64,000 nt of DNA from an uncultured candidatus Porisulfidus sp. (GTDB lineage Bacteria > Pseudomonadota > Gammaproteobacteria > Poriferisulfidales > Poriferisulfidaceae), in assembly GCA_965199755.1 (NCBI GenBank), contig CBDASZ010000001.1:512001-576000 (forward strand), given 5' to 3'. The notes under the pieces are model-generated. The model ran no database searches. It saw only the letters and a program-made list of their open reading frames with translations, and was not told where the DNA came from. The position numbers and the translations under genes are program-made. Positions 40,159 through 51,054 of the stretch are shown one piece after another. Position 1 is the stretch's first letter; the number at the start of each line of letters is the position of its first letter.

Positions 40159-41403
40159 ATGTCTGTTCGCCTTTTCACTTCTGAAGCGGTCTCCCGCGGT
40201 CACCCCGACAAAGTGTGTGACCAGATTTCGGATGCAGTGCTGGACGCTGCTCTGGAGGAAGACGCAAACGCGCACGTCGCGATTGAGACTATGGTCAAGG
40301 ATCAGCAGGTCGTCTTGGCCGGCGAGATGACGCCACGGCTGTCGGATGATCGGCTGAAGCAGATTGCGCGCAACGTGATTGCGGATATTGGCTACACGCG
40401 GGACCTGGACATCGGGTTTGATGCCGAGCAATGCGATGTGCAGCTGCATGTTGGCGAGCAATCTGAGGAAATCAGAGGCGGGGTGGACCAAGGCGCAGAC
40501 GATCAGGGTGCTGGCGATCAGGGCATTATCTTTGGTTATGCTTGTGTTGAAGTCCCCAAGACGTTCCTGCCGGCCCCGATTCATTACGCGCATGCCTTGA
40601 TGCGGCAACATGAAGCAGTGCGTGCCACATCGGACGGCTGGCGTCTGTATCCGGACGCCAAGAGTCAGGTGACTTTTCAGTACGACGATGAAGGCAGTCC
40701 ACTAAAAGTTGATACGGTAGTGGTGTCGACCCATCACAGCGGTGACATTTCATTCAAAGAACTCCAGGATTTCGTTCGCGAACAGGTTATCGACCCTGTG
40801 ATTCCGCCAGAGTTATGCGCCCCTGACCTCACAATCTACGTCAATCCGGGAGGCAAGTGGGTGGATGGAGGCGGTCCGGTGGCTGACTGCGGCCTGACCG
40901 GGCGCAAGATCATCGTTGACACTTATGGAGGCAGTGCGCGCCATGGCGGCGGTGCCTTTTCCGGCAAGGATCCGTCCAAGGTGGATCGCTCCGCCGCGTA
41001 CGCAGCGCGTTATGTGGCGCGGCATGTGATCGCCAGCAGATGGGCGTCGCGTTGCGAGTTGCAGTTGGCGTATGCCATTGGCAAACCTAAACCAGTCTCT
41101 GTGTGCGTGAATACCTTCGGCACAGCGAGCGGGGACCGGGCGTTACTTGAGGACGCGATAAACGAGATCTTCGATTTGTCGGCTGGCGGCATCACGAAGA
41201 TGCTTGGCTTGATTGATCCGAAGTGCCGCCCGCGCTACGAAGAAACTGCGCGCCACGGTCATTTCGGCAATCTGGCTTTTCCTTGGGAGAAACTGGACCT
41301 GGATCGACTGAACAAATTGTGTGATGCACTGAACATTAAGCGAATACTAGAGTCAGTTCCGCCGACTCTGTCCGAGGTGCCGGACAACTGCACGGTGCAC
41401 TGA
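40159..41403 (+). CDS. metK: Methionine adenosyltransferase (divergent)
   Basis: GHPDK, GAGDQG, DAKSQVT, GLTGRKIIVDTYGG, GGGAFSGKD. Confidence 0.95.
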   Translation: MSVRLFTSEAVSRGHPDKVCDQISDAVLDAALEEDANAHVAIETMVKDQQVVLAGEMTPRLSDDRLKQIARNVIADIGYTRDLDIGFDAEQCDVQLHVGEQSEEIRGGVDQGADDQGAGDQGIIFGYACVEVPKTFLPAPIHYAHALMRQHEAVRATSDGWRLYPDAKSQVTFQYDDEGSPLKVDTVVVSTHHSGDISFKELQDFVREQVIDPVIPPELCAPDLTIYVNPGGKWVDGGGPVADCGLTGRKIIVDTYGGSARHGGGAFSGKDPSKVDRSAAYAARYVARHVIASRWASRCELQLAYAIGKPKPVSVCVNTFGTASGDRALLEDAINEIFDLSAGGITKMLGLIDPKCRPRYEETARHGHFGNLAFPWEKLDLDRLNKLCDALNIKRILESVPPTLSEVPDNCTVH

Positions 41404-41434
41404 ACATTGAGACAAGACCGCAGGAGAAATCTGC

Positions 41435-42745
41435 ATGACTGAAGTTGCCCACAAGATCTTCCCGGACCATGAAGTCGCCGACATGGATCTGGCGGCCTGG
41501 GGACACCGGGAGATCTCCATCGCACGCACCGAAATGCCGGGCCTGATCGCCTTGCGTGAGAAATACGAAGCGCAGAAACCTCTTGAAGGTGCGCGCATTG
41601 CCGGCTGTCTGCACATGACCATCCAGACCGCGGTGTTGATTGAGACGCTGGTGGCACTGGGTGCGGAAGTGCGCTGGTCGTCGTGCAATATTTTCTCCAC
41701 GCAGGATCATGCTGCTGCCGCGGTTGCGGATACCGGTGTTGCGGTATTCGCCTGGAAGGGCGAGACCGAAGAGGAATATGTGCATTGCATCCGCCGCACC
41801 ATCGAAGGGCCCGATGACTGGCACCCGAACTTGCTGCTGGACGACGGTGGCGATCTGACCCGTGTCATGCACGACGAGTATCCGCACCTGTTGGATGAGG
41901 TGCGCGGCATCTCGGAGGAGACCACCACTGGCGTCAATCGCCTGTACGCGATGTTTCGCGACGGCAGCCTCAAGGTGCCGGCGATCAACGTCAACGATTC
42001 CGTCACCAAGGCCAAGTTCGACAATACCTACGGCTGTCGCGAGTCACTGCTCGACGGAATCAAGCGCGCCACCGATGTGATGATTTCCGGCAAGTTGTGT
42101 GTTGTCGCAGGCTATGGCGGCGTTGGCAAAGGTTGCGTGCAATCGCTGCGCGCACAAGGCGCGATTGTGAAAGTCACCGAAGTCGATCCGATCTGCGCGC
42201 TGCAGGCGGCGATGGAAGGCATCGAAGTGGTCACCATGGATCAGGTGGTGTCAGAAGCGGACATTTTCGTGACCGCCACCGGCTGCAATCATGTCATCAC
42301 CCATGAGCACATGCGCCAGATGAAGCACGAAGCGATTGTCTGCAACATCGGGCATTTCGACAATGAGATTGATATCGAGTCGCTGACCGAGTGCACCTGG
42401 GAAGAAATCAAGCCGCAAGTCGATCACGTCATCTTCCCGGATGGCAAGCGTCTGATCGTGTTGGCCAAGGGCCGGCTGGTCAACCTCGGTTGCGCGACCG
42501 GGCATCCGAGTTTCGTCATGTCCTGCTCCTTTACCAATCAGGTGTTGGCGCAGATCGAGTTGTGGACGAATACCGAGGCCTACGATTGCGGCGTGCACAT
42601 GCTGCCTAAAGACAAGGACGAGGAAGTCGCCCGACTGCATCTGGACAAACTCGGTGTGCAACTGACCGATCTGACGCCGGAGCAGGTCGAGTATCTGGGA
42701 CTGCCGCAAGACGGCCCCTACAAGCCGGAGCACTATCGTTACTGA
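41435..42745 (+). CDS. ahcY: Adenosylhomocysteinase
   Basis: [36 protein letters not shown] end. Confidence 0.97.
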   Translation: MTEVAHKIFPDHEVADMDLAAWGHREISIARTEMPGLIALREKYEAQKPLEGARIAGCLHMTIQTAVLIETLVALGAEVRWSSCNIFSTQDHAAAAVADTGVAVFAWKGETEEEYVHCIRRTIEGPDDWHPNLLLDDGGDLTRVMHDEYPHLLDEVRGISEETTTGVNRLYAMFRDGSLKVPAINVNDSVTKAKFDNTYGCRESLLDGIKRATDVMISGKLCVVAGYGGVGKGCVQSLRAQGAIVKVTEVDPICALQAAMEGIEVVTMDQVVSEADIFVTATGCNHVITHEHMRQMKHEAIVCNIGHFDNEIDIESLTECTWEEIKPQVDHVIFPDGKRLIVLAKGRLVNLGCATGHPSFVMSCSFTNQVLAQIELWTNTEAYDCGVHMLPKDKDEEVARLHLDKLGVQLTDLTPEQVEYLGLPQDGPYKPEHYRY

Positions 42746-42772
42746 GTGCTGCGACCGCACCCGGAGGCGTGC

Positions 42773-43720
42773 GTGAACGTACGTCGCATTGCGGTGGTAA
42801 TGGATCCGCCCGAAAGGGTTCAGGCCGCGCAAGATTCAAGTGTCGCATTGATGCTGGCCGCGCAATCGCGCGGTGCCGAAATCTTCATCACCACCCCGGA
42901 TTGTCTGTACGCGGAGGGTTCCGGCGTGCGTGCGTCACTACAGCGCATCGAACTCGAAGACCAGCCGCAGTGGTGGCGCGTGTGTGCTGAGGAATGCTGC
43001 GCGCTGAGTGATTTTGATGTGGTGTTGATGCGCAAGGATCCGCCGGTGGATCTGGCCTACTTTGCCGCTACCTGGCTGCTAGAGCAGGTGCAGGAGGCGG
43101 GCACGCCGGTGATTAATGCGCCGCGCGCCTTGCGCGATATTAACGAGAAGTTGTCGATTGCGCCATATGCTGATTTGGCACCGCCGTATCAGGTTTGCAC
43201 CCGCACCGAGGACGTGCGGCGGTTTCTTGATGAGCACGGCGAGATCGTGATCAAGCCGCTGGATCTGATGGGCGGGACGATGGTGTACCATTTACGCAAT
43301 GAGGATCCCGACTGGGTCAGTGTTGTGGAGCGTATCACGCAGGCGGGCAGCGTCCCGATCATGACGCAGCGTTTTGTGCCGGAAGTCGTCGACGGTGATC
43401 GGCGTCTGATTCTGATTGACGGAGAACTGGTGCCAGCGGCGGCGGTGCGCATCCCGAAGGCGGGTGAGTTTCGCGCCAACCTGGCACTCGGTGCGCGTAT
43501 GGAGATTGAGCCAGTGAACGCGCGCGATCAAGAGATTGCCGCGCGGGTCGGCCCGGACGTGCGCGCCGCGGGCGTGTGCTTCGCTGGCCTGGATGTGGTC
43601 GGCGGCTATCTCACCGAGATCAACATTACTTCTCCGACTTGCATTCGTGAACTGGAAGCGGCCGGGCATGCGGTCAGTGGAATGTTTTGGGACGCGGTGG
43701 AGGCGCACTGGCTGTCGTGA
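42773..43720 (+). CDS. gshB: Glutathione synthetase
   Basis: VVMDP, MRKDPP, NEK, RANLA, TEINITSPT; GTG start after GGAGG. Confidence 0.94.
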   Translation: MNVRRIAVVMDPPERVQAAQDSSVALMLAAQSRGAEIFITTPDCLYAEGSGVRASLQRIELEDQPQWWRVCAEECCALSDFDVVLMRKDPPVDLAYFAATWLLEQVQEAGTPVINAPRALRDINEKLSIAPYADLAPPYQVCTRTEDVRRFLDEHGEIVIKPLDLMGGTMVYHLRNEDPDWVSVVERITQAGSVPIMTQRFVPEVVDGDRRLILIDGELVPAAAVRIPKAGEFRANLALGARMEIEPVNARDQEIAARVGPDVRAAGVCFAGLDVVGGYLTEINITSPTCIRELEAAGHAVSGMFWDAVEAHWLS

Positions 43721-44289
43721 AACGAATATTGCGCGTATTGACGCCGGCAGCGACGCCTCGCGAACGGCTCCGTCTGTGTCTCGGTGTCGCACTGATCGTG
43801 CATGGGATCGCCGTGTTCGGGGTGGGCTTCACGCCGGTGCTTCCTGCCTCCGCCACGACTATCGAGTGGGTCGCAAGCGGCAGTGGGCCGTCGGGTGAAG
43901 AGTGGGGCGCTGGCGAGGGCGTAGCGGTTGCGCCTGCATGGGTTCGGCCAGTGTTGGGCGCGGGGGCGGATTCGCCGCAGCATGAGGCGGAGCAGGATTA
44001 TGTGCGCCGCTGGATCGCGCATACGGAACGTTTGGGCGCACCTATTGCCGAAGGGTTGTATGGTGAAATTGTGGCGCACGTCAATGTCGCATCGGATGGG
44101 CGCATTCGCGCCATTGAGATAGCACCGGGACCGGACCATTTGCGTCACGCCGTGCGTGACATTGTGCGCCGTGCGCAGCCGCACCCGTCGTTCCCGGACG
44201 CACTGCGGGCGTATCAGGATTCGGTGCGGATCAGTCGGCTGTGGAAATTTGGCGATAATACGGATGAACACAGAGAGTTCTTGCCATGA
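43717..44289 (+). CDS. Short TonB C-terminal-domain-like protein
   Basis: N-terminal TM with His, C-terminal AQP.P.FP...ISRLWKF; position between gshB and yqgE. Confidence 0.6.
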   Translation: MKRILRVLTPAATPRERLRLCLGVALIVHGIAVFGVGFTPVLPASATTIEWVASGSGPSGEEWGAGEGVAVAPAWVRPVLGAGADSPQHEAEQDYVRRWIAHTERLGAPIAEGLYGEIVAHVNVASDGRIRAIEIAPGPDHLRHAVRDIVRRAQPHPSFPDALRAYQDSVRISRLWKFGDNTDEHREFLP

Positions 44290-44849
44290 AAAGTTTGCAC
44301 GGACAGTTGTTGATTTCAGTACCGGAGATGCAGGACGAGATGTTTGCGCATTCGCTGGTGCTGGTCTGTGAGCATCAGGAAGCCCGCGGCGCGATGGGTT
44401 TCATCATCAATCGCCCCACCGAATTGACCCTGCGCGATCTGATGATGGACATGGACATCAGGCCGGAAGTGGAAGAGGGCATGACGCGGCCGGTGTTTAT
44501 GGGCGGGCCGGTGAATGCGAATCAGGGCTTTGGGCTGTATGCCGGAGCTGGCGATTTGGAGTTGCCGGACTGCGTGCCGGTGGGCGGCGAGTTGCAGATG
44601 ACGACGTCACGAGACTTGCTTGAGAAATGCGCCGCCGGACAGGGACCGAAACACTTGCTGGTTGCGATCGGCTGTGCTGGTTGGGAGGCCGGGCAGCTGG
44701 AGCAGGAGATGCAGTCGGGGATGTGGTGGACGGCGACGGTGTCGGAGTCGCTGCTGTTTGAGGTGCCGCCGGTGCAGCGCTGGGGCAGTGCGCTGGAGCA
44801 GTTGGGCCTGAACGCGGCCAGCCTGTATCCGGGAAGCGGCCATGCCTGA
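44286..44849 (+). CDS. yqgE: YqgE/AlgH family protein
   Basis: GAMGFIINRP, GGPV, GWEAGQLEQE, GHA end. Confidence 0.92.
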   Translation: MKSLHGQLLISVPEMQDEMFAHSLVLVCEHQEARGAMGFIINRPTELTLRDLMMDMDIRPEVEEGMTRPVFMGGPVNANQGFGLYAGAGDLELPDCVPVGGELQMTTSRDLLEKCAAGQGPKHLLVAIGCAGWEAGQLEQEMQSGMWWTATVSESLLFEVPPVQRWGSALEQLGLNAASLYPGSGHA

Positions 44850-45294
44850 GCGCCGGGGACTGGCGCTGGCATTTGATTTCGGAACCGTACGCATTGGCGT
44901 GGCGGTGGGCTCGCGGGAAGCCGAGACCGCGCGCGGGCTTGCGGTCGTCGCGAATCGCAAAGGCGCGGTCGACTGGGCAGCCATTGACGCGCTGGTGGCG
45001 GAATGGGTGCCGAACATTCTGATTGTTGGAGAGCCTGTCGAGCAGAGGGATGCAGACTCTGCCTGGCACCGCGCCATGCGCGCCTTTTACCGCGAATTGA
45101 TCGCCCGCTACGGTCTGCCGGTGGAGCGCGTCAACGAGGATTACAGTTCGTTCACCGCGCGCGCCGAGTTGCGTACGCAGCGTCTTGATGGCAGGCGCGG
45201 TAAGACGAGTCGCGGCGAAACTGATAAGATAGCCGCTGCTTGCATCCTCCAAACTTGGTTTTCGGAACGCGATGCCGTCCTGCGAAAAGATTGA
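44842..45294 (+). CDS. ruvX: YqgF/RuvX pre-16S rRNA nuclease
   Basis: LAFDFGTVRIGVAVG, DKIAAACIL. Confidence 0.9.
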   Translation: MPERRGLALAFDFGTVRIGVAVGSREAETARGLAVVANRKGAVDWAAIDALVAEWVPNILIVGEPVEQRDADSAWHRAMRAFYRELIARYGLPVERVNEDYSSFTARAELRTQRLDGRRGKTSRGETDKIAAACILQTWFSERDAVLRKD

Positions 45295-45805
45295 AACTGG
45301 TGCTGTACTTTCCCATTTAGGCGACTCTGTTCAGTCTTTTCTAGCCAACCGCAATCTCAGTCCCATTTTCGTTGGCATCCACACCGGAGGCGTGTGGGTG
45401 GCCGAGATCCTGCACGCGCATTGTGGGGCGCAGGAGCCTTTGGGCATGCTTGATGTGAGTTATCACCGCGACGATGTCGCCCGCACCGGGGTGCGTCCGC
45501 GCAAGCCGGTGCAGATGCCGGCCTCCTTGGACGGCCGCGACGTGCTGCTGATTGACGATGTGCTGTACACCGGGCGCACCACGCGCGCGGCGTTGAATGA
45601 ATTGTTTGAATATGGGCGCCCGGCTTCGGTGATGCTGGCGGTGCTGGTGGATCGTCCGGGTCGCGAGATTCCGGTGGCACCGGACATTGTTGGCATGCGC
45701 CTTGAACTGGGCCCGGAAGATCGCGTCAAGTTGCACGGACCGGATCCGATGGAACTGGTGATCACGCGCCCGTGCGAGTCATTGCTTGAGAATTCCGGCG
45801 CATGA
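45272..45805 (+). CDS. pyrR: PyrR bifunctional regulator/uracil phosphoribosyltransferase
   Basis: [25 protein letters not shown]. Confidence 0.92.
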   Translation: MPSCEKIETGAVLSHLGDSVQSFLANRNLSPIFVGIHTGGVWVAEILHAHCGAQEPLGMLDVSYHRDDVARTGVRPRKPVQMPASLDGRDVLLIDDVLYTGRTTRAALNELFEYGRPASVMLAVLVDRPGREIPVAPDIVGMRLELGPEDRVKLHGPDPMELVITRPCESLLENSGA

Positions 45806-46794
45806 GCGAGCAGGCCACCTTGTTCCCCGCCGCGGCTGCGGCGCGCTGTCAACTGGACGAGCAGGGTCGGCTGCGGCATTTCCTCAGCATTGAAGGCTTG
45901 CCGCTGGCGCTGCTCGAAGAGATTCACGAGCTGGCGCGTTCGTTTCAATCGAAGAGTGAGCACAGCACCCAAAAGGTGCCATTACTGCGTGGCAAGACCA
46001 TCGTCAATCTGTTCTTCGAGGCGAGCACCCGCACCCGCACCACCTTTGAGTTGGCCGCCAAGCGCCTGTCGGCGGATGTGCTCAATCTGGACATGGCCTC
46101 ATCGGCCACCACCAAAGGCGAGAACCTGCTCGACACGCTGCGCAATCTGCAGTCCATGCACTGTGACATGTTCGTGGTGCGACATCACGAAAGCGGCGCG
46201 GCGCACTTCATCGTGCAGCACGTCGCCGATCACATCAGTGTGATCAATGCCGGCGATGGCAGTCACGCGCATCCGACCCAGGCGATGCTCGATACGTTCA
46301 CGCTACGCCAGCACTTCCCGGACTTAAGCGGCATTGCGGTCACGATTGTTGGCGACATCCTGCACTCGCGGGTGGCGCGTTCCGAGATTCAGGCTTTGCG
46401 CGCCTTTGGCGTGGGCGAGATTCGGGTGGTCGCGCCGCGCACCTTGCTGCCGCAGCAAGTGCAGAGCCTGGGGGTGGTGCCGTACGCCTCGCTGGAAGAA
46501 GGCATCGAAGGGGTGCAGGCAGTGATTTTGCTGCGCCTGCAGAAAGAGCGCATGCACGGCAGTTTCGTGCCGAGCGAAAGCGAGTATTACCGGCTGTACG
46601 GCTTGACGCGCGCGCGTCAGGAGTTGCTGGCCGAAGATGGCATCGTGATGCATCCGGGACCGGTCAATCGTGGCGTGGAGGCTGAGTCGGCAGTGGTCGA
46701 TGGGCCGCGCTCGGTGATTTTGCAGCAGGTGCGTAACGGCATTGCGGTGCGCATGGCGATTCTGTCGATGGCGATGAGCGGGAGGAGCTGGTGA
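45802..46794 (+). CDS. pyrB: Aspartate carbamoyltransferase catalytic subunit
   Basis: [23 protein letters not shown]. Confidence 0.96.
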   Translation: MSEQATLFPAAAAARCQLDEQGRLRHFLSIEGLPLALLEEIHELARSFQSKSEHSTQKVPLLRGKTIVNLFFEASTRTRTTFELAAKRLSADVLNLDMASSATTKGENLLDTLRNLQSMHCDMFVVRHHESGAAHFIVQHVADHISVINAGDGSHAHPTQAMLDTFTLRQHFPDLSGIAVTIVGDILHSRVARSEIQALRAFGVGEIRVVAPRTLLPQQVQSLGVVPYASLEEGIEGVQAVILLRLQKERMHGSFVPSESEYYRLYGLTRARQELLAEDGIVMHPGPVNRGVEAESAVVDGPRSVILQQVRNGIAVRMAILSMAMSGRSW

Positions 46795-48062
46795 CGCGCT
46801 TGTGTATACGCGGCGGCGTGCTGGCGAACACGCAACAGGTCGCTGATGTGTTTTGCGCCGACGGCAAGATTGTCGCTATCGGTGAGCCGCCTGCGGATTT
46901 CACGGTCGAGCGCGACGTGGCGGCGGACGATTGTCTGGTGATGCCGGGCGTGATTGACCTGGCGGTATGCCTGACCCCGATTGGCGCGTTCCGCCCGAAT
47001 GCGGAAACTGAATGTGACGCGGCCGCCGCAGGCGGCGTGACCACGGTCTGTTCGGTAGCGGAAACCCAGCCGGTGCCGGATTCGCCGGCGGCCGTGCGGC
47101 TGTTGATGGATCAGGTAGCGCGCACCGGGCTGGTGCATCTGGAAGTGCTGGGCGCGGCAATGCGGGAACTGGGAGACACGCAGTTATCGAGTCTGGGCGC
47201 GTTGCGCGAGGCCGGTTGCGTTGGCATCAGCAATGGCGCACGTCCATATGCAAACTTGCTGGTGTTGCGACGGGTCATGGAATACGCGAGCAGTCAGGAC
47301 CTGACCGTGTTCTACCACCCGATGGATCATGCGCTGGCTGGTGAGGGTTGCGCCCATGAAGGGCAGTATGCGGCGCGTCTGGGTTTGCCGGGGATTCCGG
47401 CGGCGGCGGAGACGGCTGCGCTGGCGCAGATGATGGCGCTGGTTCAAGATACCGGGGCGCGGGTGCATTTCTGCCGCCTGTCTTGTGCAGCCGCGGTGGA
47501 TATTCTGGAGATCGGACACAACACCGGCTTGCCGGTGACGGCGGATGTCGCCATTCATTATCTGTTTCTGACTGAATCGGCCATCGAGGGCTTTGATGTC
47601 AACACGCATGTGTTGCCGCCGTTGCGTACCGAAGAGGATCGGGACCGTCTGCGCGAAGCGGTGGCCGAAGGGGTGTTAGCTGCTATTTGTTCTGACCATT
47701 GCCCGCTGGACCCGGATGCCAAGGCCGCGCCGTTTCCGGCTACCCGTCCCGGAATTGCCGGTATCGAGAGCTTGTTGCCGCTGACTTTGCAGTTGGCCTC
47801 CCGAGAAGAGTTGGCGTTGGATGTGGCGGTGGCCCGATTGACGCAGGGGCCGGCGGAGATTCTGGGTCGCACGGCACCGCTGCTGGAAGTGGATGCTCCG
47901 GCTGACCTGTGTGTGGTTCGCCGGGATAAGGAATGGACGTTCGAGGCCGCTTCGATGCGCAGTGCAGGACGCAACACGCCCTTCGATGGTTGGCAGATGC
48001 ATAATCGCGTGATGGCGACGGTGTGCGGTGGTGAACTGGTGTATGCCTGGAAGGAGGCTTGA
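46791..48062 (+). CDS. pyrC: Dihydroorotase-like protein, probably inactive PyrC' type
   Basis: Amidohydrolase fold with PPLR, SDH, NTPF, but DLHVH replaced by DLAVC. Confidence 0.85.
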   Translation: MTRLCIRGGVLANTQQVADVFCADGKIVAIGEPPADFTVERDVAADDCLVMPGVIDLAVCLTPIGAFRPNAETECDAAAAGGVTTVCSVAETQPVPDSPAAVRLLMDQVARTGLVHLEVLGAAMRELGDTQLSSLGALREAGCVGISNGARPYANLLVLRRVMEYASSQDLTVFYHPMDHALAGEGCAHEGQYAARLGLPGIPAAAETAALAQMMALVQDTGARVHFCRLSCAAAVDILEIGHNTGLPVTADVAIHYLFLTESAIEGFDVNTHVLPPLRTEEDRDRLREAVAEGVLAAICSDHCPLDPDAKAAPFPATRPGIAGIESLLPLTLQLASREELALDVAVARLTQGPAEILGRTAPLLEVDAPADLCVVRRDKEWTFEAASMRSAGRNTPFDGWQMHNRVMATVCGGELVYAWKEA

Positions 48063-48070
48063 GCCGCACG

Positions 48071-48937
48071 ATGCGAAATAGCATCCATGAAGTTGAAGCG
48101 GAGGTGGTGCAGTCGCAGGATCTGGGCGCGGATCAGTATCTGTTGCGCCTGCAGGCACCGACGATTGCCGCGCAGGCGACACCGGGAAGTTTCGTGCATA
48201 TGGAGGCCTTGCCGGAGCGCATCGCCTTGAGGCGTCCGTTCTCCGTATTGTGGCGCGATCGTGATGCTGGCACGGTGGATGTGCTGTACAAGGTGGTTGG
48301 CGCGGGAACCGAGGCGATGGCGCACATGCAAGCCGGCGCGCACACGCGCCTGCTCGGCCCAATAGGGCGGGGGTTTGATGCGGCGCAGGCCGGTGAGTAT
48401 CCGTTGTTGGTTGGCGGTGGTGTGGGTATTCCGCCGATTCTGTTTTTGGCGCGGCAACTACAAGGCGAGGCGCAGCCGTTCGTGGTCATGGGCTCTGAGG
48501 TGCCGTTCCCGTTTCCCAGTCGGCCGTCCCAGATTCGGGTGCCGGGAATCCCGGAAGGCGTGATTGCCGGCATGGACTTGCTGGAAGATCTCGGTATAGC
48601 GTCGCGCCTGTGCAGCCTGCAAGGTTACGCAGGTTGTCATAACGGCTATGTGGATGATCTGGCGCGACACTGGCTGGCGGCGCAGGACCCTGAGCGGCGC
48701 GCGCGCATTAACGTGTTCGCTTGCGGGCCGATGGCGATGCTCGAAGCGGTGGCACGGCTGGCGCGGGAATTTGATCTGCGCTGTCAGGTATGCGTGGAGG
48801 AATATATGGCCTGTGCAGTGGGGGGGTGCGCCGGTTGCACGATCCCGGTGATGGGCGAAGACAATCAACTGTCGATGAAGCGCGTGTGTGTGGATGGCCC
48901 TGTGTTTGACGCGCGTGGTGTGTTCCATTCGGACTGA
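48071..48937 (+). CDS. pyrK: Dihydroorotate dehydrogenase electron transfer subunit
   Basis: RRPFS, GGGVGIPP, ACGP, MACAVGGCAGC...VCVDGPVF. Confidence 0.88.
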   Translation: MRNSIHEVEAEVVQSQDLGADQYLLRLQAPTIAAQATPGSFVHMEALPERIALRRPFSVLWRDRDAGTVDVLYKVVGAGTEAMAHMQAGAHTRLLGPIGRGFDAAQAGEYPLLVGGGVGIPPILFLARQLQGEAQPFVVMGSEVPFPFPSRPSQIRVPGIPEGVIAGMDLLEDLGIASRLCSLQGYAGCHNGYVDDLARHWLAAQDPERRARINVFACGPMAMLEAVARLAREFDLRCQVCVEEYMACAVGGCAGCTIPVMGEDNQLSMKRVCVDGPVFDARGVFHSD

Positions 48938-48965
48938 CGCGGGCGCGCATTCCTATAATGCAGTT

Positions 48966-49667
48966 ATGGAAAGTGCCGTTGATGCGCGCGTGGCCCGTTT
49001 GCGCGAACGGATCCGGGAGGCGGAAGCGCGCTGCGGACGAGAGGCGGGAAGTGTTCGTCTTTTGGCAGTCAGCAAGCAGCAGAGCCTGAGCCGGATGCGC
49101 ACGGCCTGTGCGCTGGGCATTCGGGATTTTGGCGAGAATCATCTGCAATCGGCACTGGAAAAAATGCACACACTGAAACAATCCGACGTGCGCTGGCACT
49201 TCATTGGCACCATTCAAAGCCGCAAGGCGAAGGAAGTGGCGCGCCGCTTCGACTGGGTGCACAGTCTGGATCGCGTGGAGATTGCGCGGCGTCTACATGA
49301 GGCGCGCGACGGCGTGTCGCAGCGCCTGCCAGTCTGCGTGCAGGTTCGTATTGGCGGCGAGGCCAGCAAGTCCGGCATTGAGCCGCACGAGGTGCTGGGT
49401 TTTGTGGAGCAGATCAGTGCGTACAAGCGCTTGTGGGTGCGCGGGCTGATGACGATTCCCGCGCCATGTACCGAAGTTGACGCCCAGCGCCGCCAGTTCG
49501 CGCAACTGCGCCGCTGCCAGGAACAGGTGTGCGCGGCGGGGTTTGAGATGGATGAATTATCGATGGGCATGAGCGCGGATTTTGAAGCGGCGATCGTTGA
49601 GGGGGCCACCTGGATTCGTGTAGGCACCGCCTTGTTCGGCGCGCGAGCGGATGCGAGGGCTGCCTGA
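48966..49667 (+). CDS. yggS: PLP homeostasis protein YggS
   Basis: LLAVSK, FGEN, WHFIG, SMGMSADF, RVGTALFG. Confidence 0.94.
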   Translation: MESAVDARVARLRERIREAEARCGREAGSVRLLAVSKQQSLSRMRTACALGIRDFGENHLQSALEKMHTLKQSDVRWHFIGTIQSRKAKEVARRFDWVHSLDRVEIARRLHEARDGVSQRLPVCVQVRIGGEASKSGIEPHEVLGFVEQISAYKRLWVRGLMTIPAPCTEVDAQRRQFAQLRRCQEQVCAAGFEMDELSMGMSADFEAAIVEGATWIRVGTALFGARADARAA

Positions 49668-50503
49668 TGACAGAGACGCGATTGCTGCTGCTCGGCGGCG
49701 GCCATATGGGACAAGCGCTGATCGGCGGGATGCTCAAGCACGGCTGGTCGGCGCAGACGATCGCGGTCTCCGACCCGGACCCGCGAGTGCATCACGCCAT
49801 GGCCAACAAGTTCGGAGTGCGACGTCTGTATCACGACAACACCATGGCGTATTCCGAAGTGCAGCCCGAAGTGGTGCTCTTCGCGGTCAAGCCAGGCGGC
49901 ATGCCGACCACCGCGACGGATTTGGCACCCTGGATGGTGTCGGAGAAACCCTTGCTAATCAGTCTGGCCGCGGGTGTACGCACAGAGGCTCTGTCGCGCT
50001 GGACCGGCGGGCATTGTCCGGTGGTTCGGGTGATGCCGAACATGCCGGCTTTGGTGGGTGCCGGCATGAGCGTTTTGTATGCGCGCACCGACGTGAGCGA
50101 TAAACAACGCAATTACGCCACGCAAATTCTCGCCAGCGTGGGGGAAACGCTGTGGCTGGAGGAGGAGTGCTTGATGGATGCGGTGACCGCAGTGTCGGGC
50201 AGCGGCCCGGCTTACTTTTTTGCCTTTCTGCAGGCTCTGGAAGACGCGGCTTGTGCGCTGGATCTGCCGGAAGATCAGGCGCGCACGCTGGTGCTGGAGA
50301 CCGCGCGCGGCGCGCTGGAACTCGCCTCGACTTCAGACAACTCGGTGGCTGAATTGCGCGAGCAAGTTACCTCCAAGGGCGGCACCACGGAGGCGGCTTT
50401 GCAAGTGCTGAGTGCGGGTGATTTTGCCGCGTTGGTGGCGGCGGCGCTGGCGGCGGCCGAGAAGCGCGCTGTGGAACTGGGTGACGAGAGCGCGCGAGCC
50501 TGA
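49667..50503 (+). CDS. proC: Pyrroline-5-carboxylate reductase
   Basis: GGGHMG, AVKP, RVMPN, SGSGPAY, VTSKGGTT. Confidence 0.95.
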   Translation: MTETRLLLLGGGHMGQALIGGMLKHGWSAQTIAVSDPDPRVHHAMANKFGVRRLYHDNTMAYSEVQPEVVLFAVKPGGMPTTATDLAPWMVSEKPLLISLAAGVRTEALSRWTGGHCPVVRVMPNMPALVGAGMSVLYARTDVSDKQRNYATQILASVGETLWLEEECLMDAVTAVSGSGPAYFFAFLQALEDAACALDLPEDQARTLVLETARGALELASTSDNSVAELREQVTSKGGTTEAALQVLSAGDFAALVAAALAAAEKRAVELGDESARA

Positions 50504-51051
50504 TGATCATGGCGGAGTTGCTCGCCTCGCTGCTGAATCTGGTGCTGTATGGGTTTCTGCTGCGCTTGCTGTTTGAGTTTCATCGGGTCGACTACTACCA
50601 CCCGCTCTCACAGACGCTGGCGAAACTGACCAATCCGCTGTATCTGCCTATTCGCCGGGTGGTGCCGTCATGGCGTGGCATTGATATGCCATTGCTGCTG
50701 ATCGTACTGGCGCTGAAATTGCTGTTGCTGTATTACGGCCCGCTGGGGGAGGCCCCGGTGTCGATTCTTGCGATGGTGCTGTTCGCGGCCACGCAACTGG
50801 TCGTGATGGCGCTGAATCTGTATCTGATTTGTTTGGTGATCGGGGTGGTGGCTAGTTGGCTGCAGTTGTCCGCGGGCGCGCAGTCGGTGGTTTCGGTATT
50901 GCATGCATTGACCGGGCCGATGTTGATTCGGGTTCGTAGTGTGCTGCCGGATACGGGCATGCTGGACTTCTCGCCAATGGTGGCGATGATCGGGATTCTG
51001 GTGGTGCAAAGCCTGCTGGGGCAACTCAGTGGCTGGGTGCTGCGCCTGTAA
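50503..51051 (+). CDS. yggT: YggT family membrane protein
   Basis: Two YGGT repeats, LDFSPMV; synteny. Confidence 0.88.
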   Translation: MIMAELLASLLNLVLYGFLLRLLFEFHRVDYYHPLSQTLAKLTNPLYLPIRRVVPSWRGIDMPLLLIVLALKLLLLYYGPLGEAPVSILAMVLFAATQLVVMALNLYLICLVIGVVASWLQLSAGAQSVVSVLHALTGPMLIRVRSVLPDTGMLDFSPMVAMIGILVVQSLLGQLSGWVLRL

Positions 51052-51054
51052 CGC

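Noticed and set aside
42105-42135. AhcY NAD-binding loop GYGGVGKG instead of GYGDVGKG
   Set aside because: Single substitution in an otherwise typical gene; cannot separate variant from sequencing error
46791-48062. Dihydroorotase lacking metal-binding His residues as a novelty
   Set aside because: Matches the known inactive PyrC' structural partner of PyrB
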